Positions 1-10,280 of a stretch of DNA of 53,863 bases are shown one piece after another (the stretch's first letter is position 1; the number at the start of each line of letters is the position of its first letter). Below the pieces are notes generated by a model, which saw nothing but the letters and a program-made list of their open reading frames with translations, ran no database searches and was not told where the DNA came from. The DNA is from Patescibacteria group bacterium (GTDB taxonomy: Bacteria; Patescibacteriota; Minisyncoccia; UBA6257; 2-01-FULL-56-20), in the NCBI GenBank assembly GCA_024654525.1, contig JANLHI010000015.1:1-53863 (forward strand), written 5' to 3'. The position numbers and the translations under genes were made by a program.

Positions 1-1235
1 TAGCGATATATTCTCCCCGCGTTGTCCACGTACGGCATTACATCCATATGTTCGATAATCCTTGTCTTGAGCTCGTCGAAAGATTCTTTTGAGTATTGCT
101 TATTTAAAATGCAGTACTGTTTGCTACGCACTCCTACACACCCAAAAAGATTCGAAGAAGAACCACAGTGGTCGGTATATTCCACATCACTCAATCCGTT
201 AATGTTATAGCTACAAAATCGAACTCTGTTACTTCCGACGCCCCCTCCACCAATAAACTCATAGTAGAGTTCCGATCTTCCCCCATTTGTTGCATCCATT
301 GAATCTTTCAATGAGACACAGCGAAATATGAATTTTGCGTTCTCCATACCATAACAACTGAAACCCTTTATAAGATTTTTCGAATCACGTATATCGTCTC
401 CGGTAGATGCAACGACATTTTTTGTCCATGCATATTTTCGAATACTTGCCACTTTCATATCCTCAAAATTCCGCTCATATACCACATGCACATCGCGTCC
501 CGCATTCTTTATACGTATCATCTCTTTTTCATATTCCTCTTTTGTAACTTGTTTATTTCTCACGCAGTATCTCTTATTGCGCTGATTTGTGCATAATATG
601 CAGTTCTGGCAATTAATACAGTCAAACACGTAGGCGCAATCAATACAGTCATGAGAAAATTGCGCATACCGGCAATTATAGCTTTTGCTTATCGCAATAC
701 ACTGATAGCACTGTTCGGACTCTGAAACATCAAAGGAATCCATCACCCAACGTGAATGATCTATATTTTTTGAATACCATACATCCTCCGATCCAAAGAT
801 TACAGAATACGAAAGATACACATTTCTCACATTTTCGAGATAATTCGCATAGTCACAATTCAATGAATTTTTTCCTTCAAGAGCAATTCTTGGAACATTT
901 TTAAACAACTCTTCATATTGCGTAAAAAAAGGTTTTGTAAAATCATATTCCTTCCCAGACGAAAGGGGATCCCACGTATCGCTCCACCAACATGGTGCGC
1001 AATATACGGTGTAGGGACTCTGAGAATGATAAACCGAGAGAAGCGCATCGCCACAAAGCCCGCACGTTCGCTTATAGAGAGATCTTTCATTACGCCACAT
1101 AAGTCGTCTCTTTAACCGACACTCCGGACAAAATGTCGGAGGTGGAACACTTATCTTTTCATAAAACGCAAAATCTTGAGTATCTATTTGAAAACTTTGC
1201 TTACAATTTTGGCACTGACGAGATTCTTCAGGCAT
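1..1235 (-). CDS. Cys-rich Zn-ribbon/repeat protein, paralog 1 (3'-truncated by the window edge)
   Basis: Manual translation from ATG 1235: MPEESRQCQNCKQSFQIDTQDFAFYEKISVPPPTFCPECRLKRRLMWRNERSLYKRTCGLC...YDFTKPFF. The segments I translated (5' part and the last 60 nt) share one frame with no stop. It is absent from the ORF track, consistent with having no stop in the window. Confidence 0.9.
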   Translation of the reverse strand, partial: MPEESRQCQNCKQSFQIDTQDFAFYEKISVPPPTFCPECRLKRRLMWRNERSLYKRTCGLCGDALLSVYHSQSPYTVYCAPCWWSDTWDPLSSGKEYDFTKPFFTQYEELFKNVPRIALEGKNSLNCDYANYLENVRNVYLSYSVIFGSEDVWYSKNIDHSRWVMDSFDVSESEQCYQCIAISKSYNCRYAQFSHDCIDCAYVFDCINCQNCILCTNQRNKRYCVRNKQVTKEEYEKEMIRIKNAGRDVHVVYERNFEDMKVASIRKYAWTKNVVASTGDDIRDSKNLIKGFSCYGMENAKFIFRCVSLKDSMDATNGGRSELYYEFIGGGGVGSNRVRFCSYNINGLSDVEYTDHCGSSSNLFGCVGVRSKQYCILNKQYSKESFDELKTRIIEHMDVMPYVDNAGRIYR

Positions 1236-1239
1236 ATCT

Positions 1240-1371
1240 TTATATAACTATATAGGAATAAGCGAAATCCCGAGTATTCCCGAGGGATTCGGGTTTAATG
1301 GTGAATTGATTTTTACAGTTTTGGCAGGCTTGCACGGAGCTTACCGAAGTGTTTCTTGATGCTGGATTCAT
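1240..1371 (-). pseudogene. 43-aa N-terminal relic of the same Cys-rich family
   Basis: Translates MNPASRNTSVSSVQACQNCKNQFTIKPE[SLGNTR]DFAYSYIVI*, aligning with MTSEIKNTSASSVRTCQNCKNEFIIEPDDFAF of 1433..3238, with an 18-nt insert between PE and DF. Confidence 0.8.
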
Positions 1372-1432
1372 GTGAATAAGGAATGATTGAATTAAGAATC
1401 ATGTGTTATTCATACTTTATAATTCCGGATGT

Positions 1433-3238
1433 CTACGCCACTTCCGCTTGATAGCATTGTTCACAGTAAATAATCTCCTTTCGTTCCGGACCGTATGAAG
1501 TCTCGAACTCTATTTGGCAATGACCATCTCCATGGCTATGACTCACAAAGTTTTTATAAATACCGTTTTCCGAAGCAATGCCGGCACACTGACATTTCCT
1601 CACAAAAAACCTCGGGGAATTCCTCAATGCGAGCCGACTATAGTGACGACAATTCGGACAAAGACGTGGCAATGCGATATTCATCTGCTTGCAAAATGCC
1701 ACCTCTTCGGATACCACGCGGAACGCTCCGATACATTCTTCCTTGCACTCTCCCCGGTGTGCACACTCCAACACTTCTTGAACAACCTTATCACTTACCT
1801 CTTTGATGTGATCGGGAATTGAATCACTCTTTAAGGTAATGGGATATGTCTGACGCGTTGTGGGATACCACACAAATCCTTTATCTTTCGCCTCATGTTC
1901 ATCCAGCGGGAAAAACTCATATGCTTCGGTAGATTCATAAGGAAAAGGAGAAAGCTCCGATGGAAAAAATTCTCCGTAGGTATATATTCTTCCTTTCTTG
2001 TCCACGTACGGAATCTCGTGCATCTGCGCGATAATCCTTTCACGCAATTTTTCAAACTCATCCTTGGAATACTGCGTGTTGAAAATACAATATTGTTTCT
2101 TTTTAAGTCCAATACACCCGAAACAATCAGAGGAACCCGGACAGAATATGCAATACTCAAGATTTTTTACATTTGGAAAGTTATTCCAACAAAACCGAAC
2201 ATTGTATACACCCATACCCGCAATGAGAGTTTCATAGACAAGCTCGACATTCTCACCCCAATTTGAATAGTCGTAACAATCTTTGGAGGGTCCATCGAGA
2301 AAGTTCTGACAAAACTTGGAATCCTCGGTACCACGCACGCGGAAACATTGCTTCGCATTTTTCGACATGGATATATAATCCCCGCTTACGCCCAAATTTT
2401 GTCGCCCATGCATAAACTTATGCGGATACTTCTTCCAATGTGCGTATGCACGGCGCGTAAGTGCATCAAGCGATTTCGCAGAACCAATATCGAATGAGGC
2501 AAGCACTTCCGCGTAGCTCTCCTTGGTATGCGGTTCGTTCCAAATGTAATATGACTTATTCCGTAAACCAAAACATCCAAAACAATCGGAACATCCAACA
2601 CAATCTTTGGAAAGAATAACGCTCTGGCAATCTTCACAATCTACGGAGAAAAACGTCTTATAACATCGCATTGTGTTTAAATTTCCGTAACTCAATTCAC
2701 ATCGATTGGTCATATGACTATCCAAACAATGCTTTGATTCGTGATCCCAAATAAGATATATCGAATCTTCCGAACGCGTGGAAGCCCGGACAAGATAACA
2801 TCCCTTTAAATCGTTCGCATTGGTACAGTATTCACAGTTCACTAAATTCGTCACCGAATGTGCCGGCAACGGTACGGTATGGAAAAGGTCTCTAAACTGT
2901 TCGAAAAAGGGACGCTTAAAATCGTACACTCGTCCATAATCCATAGGATCCCACCCGTCTCCGTTCCAATACTCTTTCTCGTAAATTTTTATCGGACTTT
3001 CTTCGGGAAATAAAGAAAATATCTTCTCTCCCGTACGCGCATCCGTCTTCTTGAAAAGATGCCATGTATTGCGCCAACTCAATCTCCGCTGATACCGGCA
3101 ATGAGAACAAAATGTCGGTGGAGGCACCTGTATCTTCTCATAAAATGCAAAATCATCCGGTTCGATGATGAACTCATTCTTGCAATTTTGACAGGTTCGC
3201 ACTGAGCTCGCCGAAGTATTTTTTATTTCGCTGGTCAT
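1433..3238 (-). CDS. Cys-rich Zn-ribbon/repeat protein, paralog 2 (601 aa)
   Basis: CQNC...VPPPTFCSHCRYQRR, central CxxC/SxxC repeats, YGEFFP, CPNCRH, C-terminal YCEQCYQAEVA. ATGA overlap with the upstream paralog. Confidence 0.9.
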   Translation of the reverse strand: MTSEIKNTSASSVRTCQNCKNEFIIEPDDFAFYEKIQVPPPTFCSHCRYQRRLSWRNTWHLFKKTDARTGEKIFSLFPEESPIKIYEKEYWNGDGWDPMDYGRVYDFKRPFFEQFRDLFHTVPLPAHSVTNLVNCEYCTNANDLKGCYLVRASTRSEDSIYLIWDHESKHCLDSHMTNRCELSYGNLNTMRCYKTFFSVDCEDCQSVILSKDCVGCSDCFGCFGLRNKSYYIWNEPHTKESYAEVLASFDIGSAKSLDALTRRAYAHWKKYPHKFMHGRQNLGVSGDYISMSKNAKQCFRVRGTEDSKFCQNFLDGPSKDCYDYSNWGENVELVYETLIAGMGVYNVRFCWNNFPNVKNLEYCIFCPGSSDCFGCIGLKKKQYCIFNTQYSKDEFEKLRERIIAQMHEIPYVDKKGRIYTYGEFFPSELSPFPYESTEAYEFFPLDEHEAKDKGFVWYPTTRQTYPITLKSDSIPDHIKEVSDKVVQEVLECAHRGECKEECIGAFRVVSEEVAFCKQMNIALPRLCPNCRHYSRLALRNSPRFFVRKCQCAGIASENGIYKNFVSHSHGDGHCQIEFETSYGPERKEIIYCEQCYQAEVA

Positions 3239-4962
3239 ACGATTTCTGCATTATAACAAGCCTCACAATACACAATCTCCTTTCGCTCCGGCACGTACGG
3301 CGTTTCGAATTCGTTGGGGCATTGCCCCTCCGGGTGATGAGCGTGTTTCGCAGTATTCTCGTGAATCTTGTAATCGCACATACATTGACGATGCCACAGT
3401 TTTCGTGGCAATCGCAATGTAAGACGGCGGCGGTAACGGCATTCCGGACACAACCGCGGAATTGGCGTATTCGTGCGCCGATAAAAATCAAGCTCGGCTT
3501 GCACAATGTTGTAATTCCGCTTGCACCGCACACACGCAAGCGCTTCTTTCACAATTATATCGGGAACGTCTTTGATGTCGTCGGGGATACTTTCCGGTGT
3601 AAGCGTCTCCTTCCCGAACGTGCCGGGTATCACCTCTTCCCACTTGTACCCTTTCGCCGCCGCCTCCTCTTTCGTCATTGGCATATACACCTGTCCCTGC
3701 GTCTCGTTATAGCCAAAAGGCGAAAGTGTCGGTGGGAAAAATTCGCCGTATTCCCCCGTCTCTTTCATATGTGCGATAATTTTTTCTTTCAATGTCGCAT
3801 ACTCACTCTCCTCATAACGCTTGTTGAAAATGGAGTACTTCCCCTGTTTTATTCCCACGCACCCGAACAAATTTTCGCTGTTGTGGCAAGAGTCGCAATA
3901 TTCAAGATGGGAATTGTCGTAACTCAAGTGCGTAAACTTCACGTCGTAGTCGTGAATCAAGGCGTGGGACTCGTAAATCAACTCGCATGCATATCCATAA
4001 TGATAGGAATCCATGGTATTTTTCGCGTCACCGCACACGATGGCGTATTTCGAATCCTCTACTTTATGCGCGTCGAATGCATGTAGGCAACTTTTGGAAT
4101 TAATAATCGAGTTCCCGGACACCGCGGCTGACCTTTCAATAACCGCGAACCGCCGAAGCGCCCGCGCTTCAATTACCTCCCGGAACTGCACATATAACTC
4201 TTCCCGAGCACGTGCAGACCCCAACCTATATTCCACGATTTTTTTTTCGTACTCTTCTTTCGAGTATTGCTCATTCAGAATACAATACTGCTTATTCCTC
4301 AAATTCCAGCAAAGAAAACAGTTTGAGCAACCGCGAAGATCGTAGGAATAGAAACAATCAGTACAGTCTTTAAGGAGCGCACTATATTGGCAGTTATAAA
4401 TACGCAGGGAGTCCACACATTCATACGCGAGCTCCGCTCCCGCTTCAAAACTCATGAGGTAGCAATCCATACAATCTTTCGAGGGCTTGAGTACATTCGT
4501 GGAATACATAATATTCTCCGAATCGAATGTACCCATCGAAAGATAACAGTTCTTGTTGTTATTTGAGTGATTGGTATAATCCGAATTCACGCTGTTTTTG
4601 GTGAGCAACGCGATGCGCGGCACCTGAAGCTGCAATTCTTGCCATTGCGGAAAAAATGGCTTTGAGAAATCAAAGTCGTGTCCGTAATCAAAACCCGTCC
4701 ATTTATCCGACCAAAAACACGGCGGGCAATATACTTTGAACGGCTTGTTTGGCGAATAAATCGTTACCGCGCTTTTCCCGCATAAATCACAATTCCTTCG
4801 GTAGAGTACTCGCTCATTCCGCCATGCATACCTGCGACGCTGGCGGCAGTCCGGACACCGCACCGGCGCGGGAACCTTGAACTTCTCATAAAACTCAATA
4901 TCATCCGCCTCAATCGGAAATTGAATGCTACATTCTTTGCAAATTTGTTGTTCTGGAGTCAT
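3235..4962 (-). CDS. Cys-rich Zn-ribbon/repeat protein, paralog 3
   Basis: Same motif order. Start moved to MTPEQQICKEC (ATG 4962) to match paralog N-termini and avoid overlap with the divergent gene. Confidence 0.9.
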   Translation of the reverse strand: MTPEQQICKECSIQFPIEADDIEFYEKFKVPAPVRCPDCRQRRRYAWRNERVLYRRNCDLCGKSAVTIYSPNKPFKVYCPPCFWSDKWTGFDYGHDFDFSKPFFPQWQELQLQVPRIALLTKNSVNSDYTNHSNNNKNCYLSMGTFDSENIMYSTNVLKPSKDCMDCYLMSFEAGAELAYECVDSLRIYNCQYSALLKDCTDCFYSYDLRGCSNCFLCWNLRNKQYCILNEQYSKEEYEKKIVEYRLGSARAREELYVQFREVIEARALRRFAVIERSAAVSGNSIINSKSCLHAFDAHKVEDSKYAIVCGDAKNTMDSYHYGYACELIYESHALIHDYDVKFTHLSYDNSHLEYCDSCHNSENLFGCVGIKQGKYSIFNKRYEESEYATLKEKIIAHMKETGEYGEFFPPTLSPFGYNETQGQVYMPMTKEEAAAKGYKWEEVIPGTFGKETLTPESIPDDIKDVPDIIVKEALACVRCKRNYNIVQAELDFYRRTNTPIPRLCPECRYRRRLTLRLPRKLWHRQCMCDYKIHENTAKHAHHPEGQCPNEFETPYVPERKEIVYCEACYNAEIV

Positions 4963-5027
4963 TGCGTTACTTTCTATTATTCTCCATTCCACGCTATTGG
5001 GCAACCGGAGTACAATAAGACAATAGA

Positions 5028-6503
5028 ATGTCTCGTACTGCAAAAATAATCCTAATTCTTATATTCCTCCTCGCAGGATTTTTTCGCCTTTACCAACTCC
5101 CTCACACTCCCCCGGGACTCTATCCCGATGAGGCAATGAACGGGAATAACGCGATTGAAGCACTGCATACGGGAACATATAGGGTATATTATCCCGAGAA
5201 CAACGGACGCGAGGGACTCTTCATTAACATTCAGGCGATATTTCTTAAACTCATCGGCACAAACGAACCGTGGGTATTACGCCTGCCAAGCGCACTATTC
5301 GGAATCTTCACGGTGTTAGGGATATTTTTCCTTGCACGAGAACTATTCAAAACATACTCAGAAAAATATGCGGTATATGTTGGTTTACTATCTTCATTCC
5401 TCCTCGCCACGAGTTTTTGGCATATTATATTCTCCCGTATCGGTTTTCGCGCAATTCTTGCACCATTTTTCCTAGTATGGGCATTGTACTTTCTTCTCAA
5501 ATCCCTCCGCACAGAAAATTCCTCCGCGAACTGGCAGATTCCATATTCCATATTCGCCGGAATTCTCTTCGGTGCCGGCTTTCATACCTATATCGCCTAT
5601 CGCGTAACTCCCGCGCTCATCCTCATCCTTATTGCTTGGATATGGTGGCTTTATAAAGAAAACCGCAAGCGTATTCTCCTTGTTTCCTGTTTTTTTATTT
5701 TTGCTTCTGTAATAACCGTTTTTCCTCTTGGACTTCATTATCTTGGAACCCCCGACGACTTTTTCGGTCGCACCGGGCAAATCTCCGTTTTTTCTTCCCC
5801 TGCTCCTCTTCACGACTTGGGAATCAACATTATAAAAACCGCCGGAATGTTTACCATTCACGGGGATGAAAACTGGAGGCATAACTACGCAGGACGACCC
5901 GAGCTTTTCTTTCCCGTAGGAACAATGTTCCTTGTTGGGTTTATTCTTGGTATCAAAAATTTCCTCAAAAAGGAAACCACGTTCCCTTTTCTTATCCTCT
6001 TTTCATGGCTAGGACTCGCCGCGCTCCCTGTGGTCATCTCGAACGAAGGACTCCCGCACGCACTCCGCGCCATCCTCATGATTCCACCCGTAATTATCCT
6101 TGCTTCCGTGGGAACTGTCGCACTCTACAACACTCTAAAAGCTTATCTTCCAAAAATTATTTTCCTTTCTACTTTCTATATTCTCATTTCTTTAATGATT
6201 ATCGAACCCTTCAATACCTACTTCCTCCGCTGGGCACATAACTCCAATACTCAAGGTGCCTTCGCCGCCGATTACGTCGCGATAGGTCATGAAATCAACT
6301 TACTGCCCAAAAAAACCCAGAAATACATGGTGATTGAAGCCGGTGGCGTGGATATCCGGGGAATCCCCATGCCGGCACAAACAGTAATGTTTATCACAAA
6401 TTCCTTCTTGCCGGAAAACCAAATAGAAAAGAATATTCACTATATCCTTCCCGCTGACCGCATTACAATCCCCTCAAACGCCGAGATGTTCGAAATCAAA
6501 TAA
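5028..6503 (+). CDS. ArnT/PMT-like (GT-C fold) multi-pass membrane glycosyltransferase
   Basis: PPGLYPDEA near the N-terminus, LRLPSALFG, HIIFSRIGFR and many hydrophobic segments. Confidence 0.8.
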   Translation: MSRTAKIILILIFLLAGFFRLYQLPHTPPGLYPDEAMNGNNAIEALHTGTYRVYYPENNGREGLFINIQAIFLKLIGTNEPWVLRLPSALFGIFTVLGIFFLARELFKTYSEKYAVYVGLLSSFLLATSFWHIIFSRIGFRAILAPFFLVWALYFLLKSLRTENSSANWQIPYSIFAGILFGAGFHTYIAYRVTPALILILIAWIWWLYKENRKRILLVSCFFIFASVITVFPLGLHYLGTPDDFFGRTGQISVFSSPAPLHDLGINIIKTAGMFTIHGDENWRHNYAGRPELFFPVGTMFLVGFILGIKNFLKKETTFPFLILFSWLGLAALPVVISNEGLPHALRAILMIPPVIILASVGTVALYNTLKAYLPKIIFLSTFYILISLMIIEPFNTYFLRWAHNSNTQGAFAADYVAIGHEINLLPKKTQKYMVIEAGGVDIRGIPMPAQTVMFITNSFLPENQIEKNIHYILPADRITIPSNAEMFEIK

Positions 6504-6570
6504 ATGGACTCACATAAAAATCAAAATAGCGCTCATTTGCGGAGGAGAAACACAGAAAATAAGAAAAAAA

Positions 6571-6604
6571 TCTACTTATATCCGCCATGGCGGATATAAG
6601 TAGA
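6571..6604. repeat. Perfect 34-bp palindrome with no spacer
   Basis: tctacttatatccgcca|tggcggatataagtaga; arms are exact reverse complements; lies between convergent genes. Confidence 0.95.
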
Positions 6605-6663
6605 GAAAATATAAAACCGCCGTTCGCATTATTCGCTACTGGACATATAAATCTGTTGCAAAA

Positions 6664-6699
6664 AAACATTCTCACATTCTTAAGAATGTGAGAATGTTT
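6664..6699. repeat. Perfect 36-bp palindrome with no spacer
   Basis: aaacattctcacattctt|aagaatgtgagaatgttt. Confidence 0.95.
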
Positions 6700-6740
6700 A
6701 ATTTGAGAACAGATACTCTGCCAATACTAAGCGCGATCGT

Positions 6741-7052
6741 TTACACTCTCTCTATCAAAACTTCCGTAAACGACTGACGGTGCCCTTTCTTTTTTTTCTG
6801 TCGCGTCTTTGAGTGATATTTAAAAACAATTTTCTTTTTATCGCGCGCCTGTCGGATCACCTTTCCTTCCACTTTCGCATCCGCAACATAGGGCATACCG
6901 ATTTGCACCTTATCACCATCCGCAATAAGGAGCACCTTGTCGAAGGAAAAAACACCTCCCGCTTCCGCGTTGAGTTTTTCAACTTTCACCTTTGTTCCGG
7001 AAGAAACTTTATACTGTTTTCCTCCCGTTTCTATGATCGCGAACTTGCTCAT
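6741..7052 (-). CDS. rplU: 50S ribosomal protein L21
   Basis: MSKFAIIETGGKQYKV...VLLIADGDKVQIGMPYV...KKIVFKYHSKTRQKKKKGHRQSFTEVLIERV; start at ATG 7052. Confidence 0.97.
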   Translation of the reverse strand: MSKFAIIETGGKQYKVSSGTKVKVEKLNAEAGGVFSFDKVLLIADGDKVQIGMPYVADAKVEGKVIRQARDKKKIVFKYHSKTRQKKKKGHRQSFTEVLIERV

Positions 7053-7083
7053 GATGTGTATATATAGGATAGCCGAATCACTT

Positions 7084-7437
7084 TCAGTTGACGTGTATGA
7101 TAACCGCAAACCAAATAAAAATCAAGATGCTCACAAGAAGCATCCCTCCGGCAACAAAAAAGCTTAAAAAGCGATCTCTATCGACAAGTACTACCGCCAG
7201 CACACTATTTACCATACACAACAACAACCAAAAAACACTGTTTTGCATAATAGAAAAAAGAGATCCTACCTCAGTGATACCGGCACGTTCGGTAAAGTGA
7301 ATAATAAGGGGCTGTGCAATACTGTGGAGCGCTACGTATGCCCATACCATTCCCCCGATAATCAATATAAAAGAAGCAGTGAGTATAACCGCGAGTAATC
7401 GGTGATGCGCTATCCAATCATATAATCTTGTCATCAT
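7084..7437 (-). CDS. Small membrane protein (about 3 TM), unknown function
   Basis: 117-aa ORF with hydrophobic segments, overlapping the galT end and followed by rplU in the same orientation. Confidence 0.65.
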   Translation of the reverse strand: MMTRLYDWIAHHRLLAVILTASFILIIGGMVWAYVALHSIAQPLIIHFTERAGITEVGSLFSIMQNSVFWLLLCMVNSVLAVVLVDRDRFLSFFVAGGMLLVSILIFIWFAVIIHVN

Positions 7438-8431
7438 TTTTTATTATTCCCCCCTTAAGAATTGCCGAAGCTTCTTCGGGTGTTATGGTATTTACGTCAA
7501 TGCCGGTACCCAACTCAAACCCCGCAGGAATCGAGATTTTCGGCAATATTTCAATGTGCCAGTGGTAATGCGCATACGTCGCATCTTTCTCTAAGGGTGA
7601 GGTATGGATAAAAAAATTAAAATCGGGGTCGTTTAAAAATTTCTTCATACGGCGAAGCACAGACTGAAGCGCTTCCGCAATTCCCGTAAGATCACGTCGT
7701 GGCGTATCTTCAAATCGCGGCAAATGACGCGTGGGATATACACGCGCTTCGAACGGCTTACGCGAAACAAATGGCGCAACAGCAAGTGCAAACTCATTCG
7801 ATTCCACCACGCGAGTCCCCGCCTCCCATTCAAAAAGTAACATCGCGCAATGCACACATCGCTGATTTTTCGCAAAATATGAGCGCGAACCATTAAGCGA
7901 ATGCATTATGTCCGGCGGAATAATGGGAAGCGCCAAAAGCTGGTAATGAGGATGGGCTACCGATGCTCCCGCAGTAGGACCCCAATTCGCGAATGCAGAC
8001 ACGTATTTTGAACATCCATCTTTTTTAAATCTTCGATACATACGTTGCATCACCACAAGCACCTCTACCGCTTCTTTAAGAGGCAATGCCTCGAAATTTT
8101 TCGTATGATCGCGAGTAATCACTAAATCATGATGCCCGATTCCCTCGATATAGGAGTATGGCCCCTGACGCATCGCCATAGCACATCGGTCATCACGCCG
8201 AAGCGCCGGAAACTTATTGCGGATTACCGCGATACTCCACTTCCCCTTTACAGGATACCGCAACCGCAACGGTAGATTACCGGACTTGCGCAAATCCTCG
8301 AACGGACACGTTTCTTTAGACGTGGGAATGCGACGTGATTTTTTCTGGATTATATCGTGCGGACGCTTTACACGCCCCGGTGCCATGATAATCCAGTCAC
8401 CTGAAACAATATCTTGTCGGAGTTCAGACAT
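7418..8431 (-). CDS. galT: Galactose-1-phosphate uridylyltransferase (HIT superfamily)
   Basis: MSELRQDIVSGDWII..RVKRP, CPF, NKFPAL, GASVAHPHYQ (HxH motif), YHWHIEILP, AGFELGTG. Confidence 0.92.
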   Translation of the reverse strand: MSELRQDIVSGDWIIMAPGRVKRPHDIIQKKSRRIPTSKETCPFEDLRKSGNLPLRLRYPVKGKWSIAVIRNKFPALRRDDRCAMAMRQGPYSYIEGIGHHDLVITRDHTKNFEALPLKEAVEVLVVMQRMYRRFKKDGCSKYVSAFANWGPTAGASVAHPHYQLLALPIIPPDIMHSLNGSRSYFAKNQRCVHCAMLLFEWEAGTRVVESNEFALAVAPFVSRKPFEARVYPTRHLPRFEDTPRRDLTGIAEALQSVLRRMKKFLNDPDFNFFIHTSPLEKDATYAHYHWHIEILPKISIPAGFELGTGIDVNTITPEEASAILKGGIIKNDDKII

Positions 8432-8535
8432 AGAATGAAGAAGTAAGAATTACGCATATAATACCGCATTCTGCGTTATTCGTCATTCGTTTTTCATAAT
8501 TCGATTTACACCACTTACACTTGGTAACACTGCCC

Positions 8536-8556
8536 GTCCTTCGACAAGCTCAGGAC
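8536..8556. repeat. REP-like short hairpin (TTCGACAAGCTC family)
   Basis: gtcct-tcgacaagctc-aggac just downstream of the 8571..10265 stop; its core matches 26688..26699 at 11/12. Confidence 0.6.
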
Positions 8557-8570
8557 TTCGGCTTGTTTCT

Positions 8571-10265
8571 TTAAGCGACTTCATTTTGGTAACAACCCTC
8601 GCAATACACGATTTCGGGACGGCCGGGGGCATAGGAGGTTTGTATATTCACACCACACTTTGAGCATGTACGACTAAATATTTCCATCGGATTAAGCTGT
8701 GTGATGCGCGCGCGGTCGCGACAAAGAGGACATTGGCGCGGAACGGGAAGATTAAAACGTTTTAAAAATTGAAGCTCCATCGGGATAATCTGATAATTCT
8801 TACCACATTGCTCACACTTTAAAATTTCTTTTATGAGAGTGTCGGGAACGTCTTTAATATGGTCGGGAAGCACAATGGTCGCATCGCGATACTCGCGTAC
8901 ATCCTGATCCCTCCATAAAAATCCTTCTTTGATTGCTTCCTCTTTTATTGAAGGAAACCATTCCTGCGCCGCAGACTCGTTATATGTCCACGGACTCATT
9001 GCGGAAGGCAACATTTCTCCATAGCGATATTCTCTCCCTTGCGCATCACGATAAGGAATCTCTGCCATTTGCTTTTTGATACGCGCTACCAAATCCAAAT
9101 ACTCGCTTTTCGTATACTGCTTATTCAATATGCAATACTCCGCGCCTCCCCGAAGCCCCACACATCCGAAAAGGTTCCCGGAGTTCATACATCCGAAGCA
9201 ATACTCAATATCACGACACCCATAACACCATACGGAAAATTTATTATGCGACGCAGTAATTCCCGTCCACACCGTGTCATACATCCATTCACTGTTGTCA
9301 CCGAAAAACGTCCAATCATATGCATTGCGCGCCGGTCCGTTTTTCAAAAACTGGCAATACCGCAAATTCTCACCATTTGCAAGGAGATATGAATTCTTCA
9401 CATTTTTTGAAGCATAAATATACTCCCCCGAAACGTCATAATTTTTCAAACCGTGAAAGTGCCTTCGGGGATACTTAAGAAGTAACAAGTCCACTTTAGA
9501 CTTGAATTCTTCAATTCCCTGCACGGAACCGAAATCGAATTCTTTTTGCAATTTTTCGTATTCTTCTTTTGTATATTGTTCGTTGAAAATACAAAATTGT
9601 TTATTTCTCAAGTTAATGCATCCGATACAGTCGGAACATCCTGCAATATCCCGCGAAAACCATATATTATGGCAATTATCACAGTCCTGTGAGAAAAACG
9701 CCTGATAGCATTTATTTATCCGAAAAGATCCATAACATCCTTCAATATTATTCGCGAATGAAGTATCGTAGGATCCTTTTGCGTCAACGATAGTATTTAA
9801 ATATCCATCATCTTCTCCATTGGTAATTCGAAAACATAAATAACAGTTTTTGAGTCCCGATGCAGCATTGCAGTAATCACTGTTTACCATTGTGGAATGC
9901 GCAGTATAAAGATTTGGAAGCGGAACTCTGAGCTGGAGCTCATGAAATTGCTCGAAAAAAGACCTCGAAAAATCATAATCGTATCCATATCCTTTCGGAT
10001 CCCACTGATCAGACCACCATATGTCCTGCCGATACATTTTATAAGGTGACTCCGAATGATGCGTGGTAATAAGCATATCCCCCGTAATATCGCACTTTCG
10101 TTTATAGAGAATGCGATATCCCTGCCACGCAAGACGCCTCACAAGTCGGCACCGCGGACACCACGTCGGCGGCGGGACATGGATGGTTTCGTAAAACGCA
10201 AAATCATCGGGCTCGATGGTAAAATCGAATTTACAATTTTGACACTGGCGAGTTTCGCTATTCAT
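8571..10265 (-). CDS. Cys-rich Zn-ribbon/repeat protein, paralog 4 (564 aa)
   Basis: MNSETRQCQNCK...VPPPTWCPRCRLVRR ... CPLCRDRAR ... YCEGCYQNEVA. Confidence 0.9.
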   Translation of the reverse strand: MNSETRQCQNCKFDFTIEPDDFAFYETIHVPPPTWCPRCRLVRRLAWQGYRILYKRKCDITGDMLITTHHSESPYKMYRQDIWWSDQWDPKGYGYDYDFSRSFFEQFHELQLRVPLPNLYTAHSTMVNSDYCNAASGLKNCYLCFRITNGEDDGYLNTIVDAKGSYDTSFANNIEGCYGSFRINKCYQAFFSQDCDNCHNIWFSRDIAGCSDCIGCINLRNKQFCIFNEQYTKEEYEKLQKEFDFGSVQGIEEFKSKVDLLLLKYPRRHFHGLKNYDVSGEYIYASKNVKNSYLLANGENLRYCQFLKNGPARNAYDWTFFGDNSEWMYDTVWTGITASHNKFSVWCYGCRDIEYCFGCMNSGNLFGCVGLRGGAEYCILNKQYTKSEYLDLVARIKKQMAEIPYRDAQGREYRYGEMLPSAMSPWTYNESAAQEWFPSIKEEAIKEGFLWRDQDVREYRDATIVLPDHIKDVPDTLIKEILKCEQCGKNYQIIPMELQFLKRFNLPVPRQCPLCRDRARITQLNPMEIFSRTCSKCGVNIQTSYAPGRPEIVYCEGCYQNEVA

Positions 10266-10280
10266 AGTCGTTCATAAAAT

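Noticed and set aside
860-1090. 76-aa minus-strand ORF suggesting a frameshifted gene
   Set aside because: It is an alternative frame inside the paralog starting at 1235, whose frame is open through this stretch.
3322-4086. 254-aa plus-strand ORF and similar ORFs opposite the Cys-rich genes (for example 11008..11595)
   Set aside because: Antisense shadows of well-supported minus-strand CDSs.
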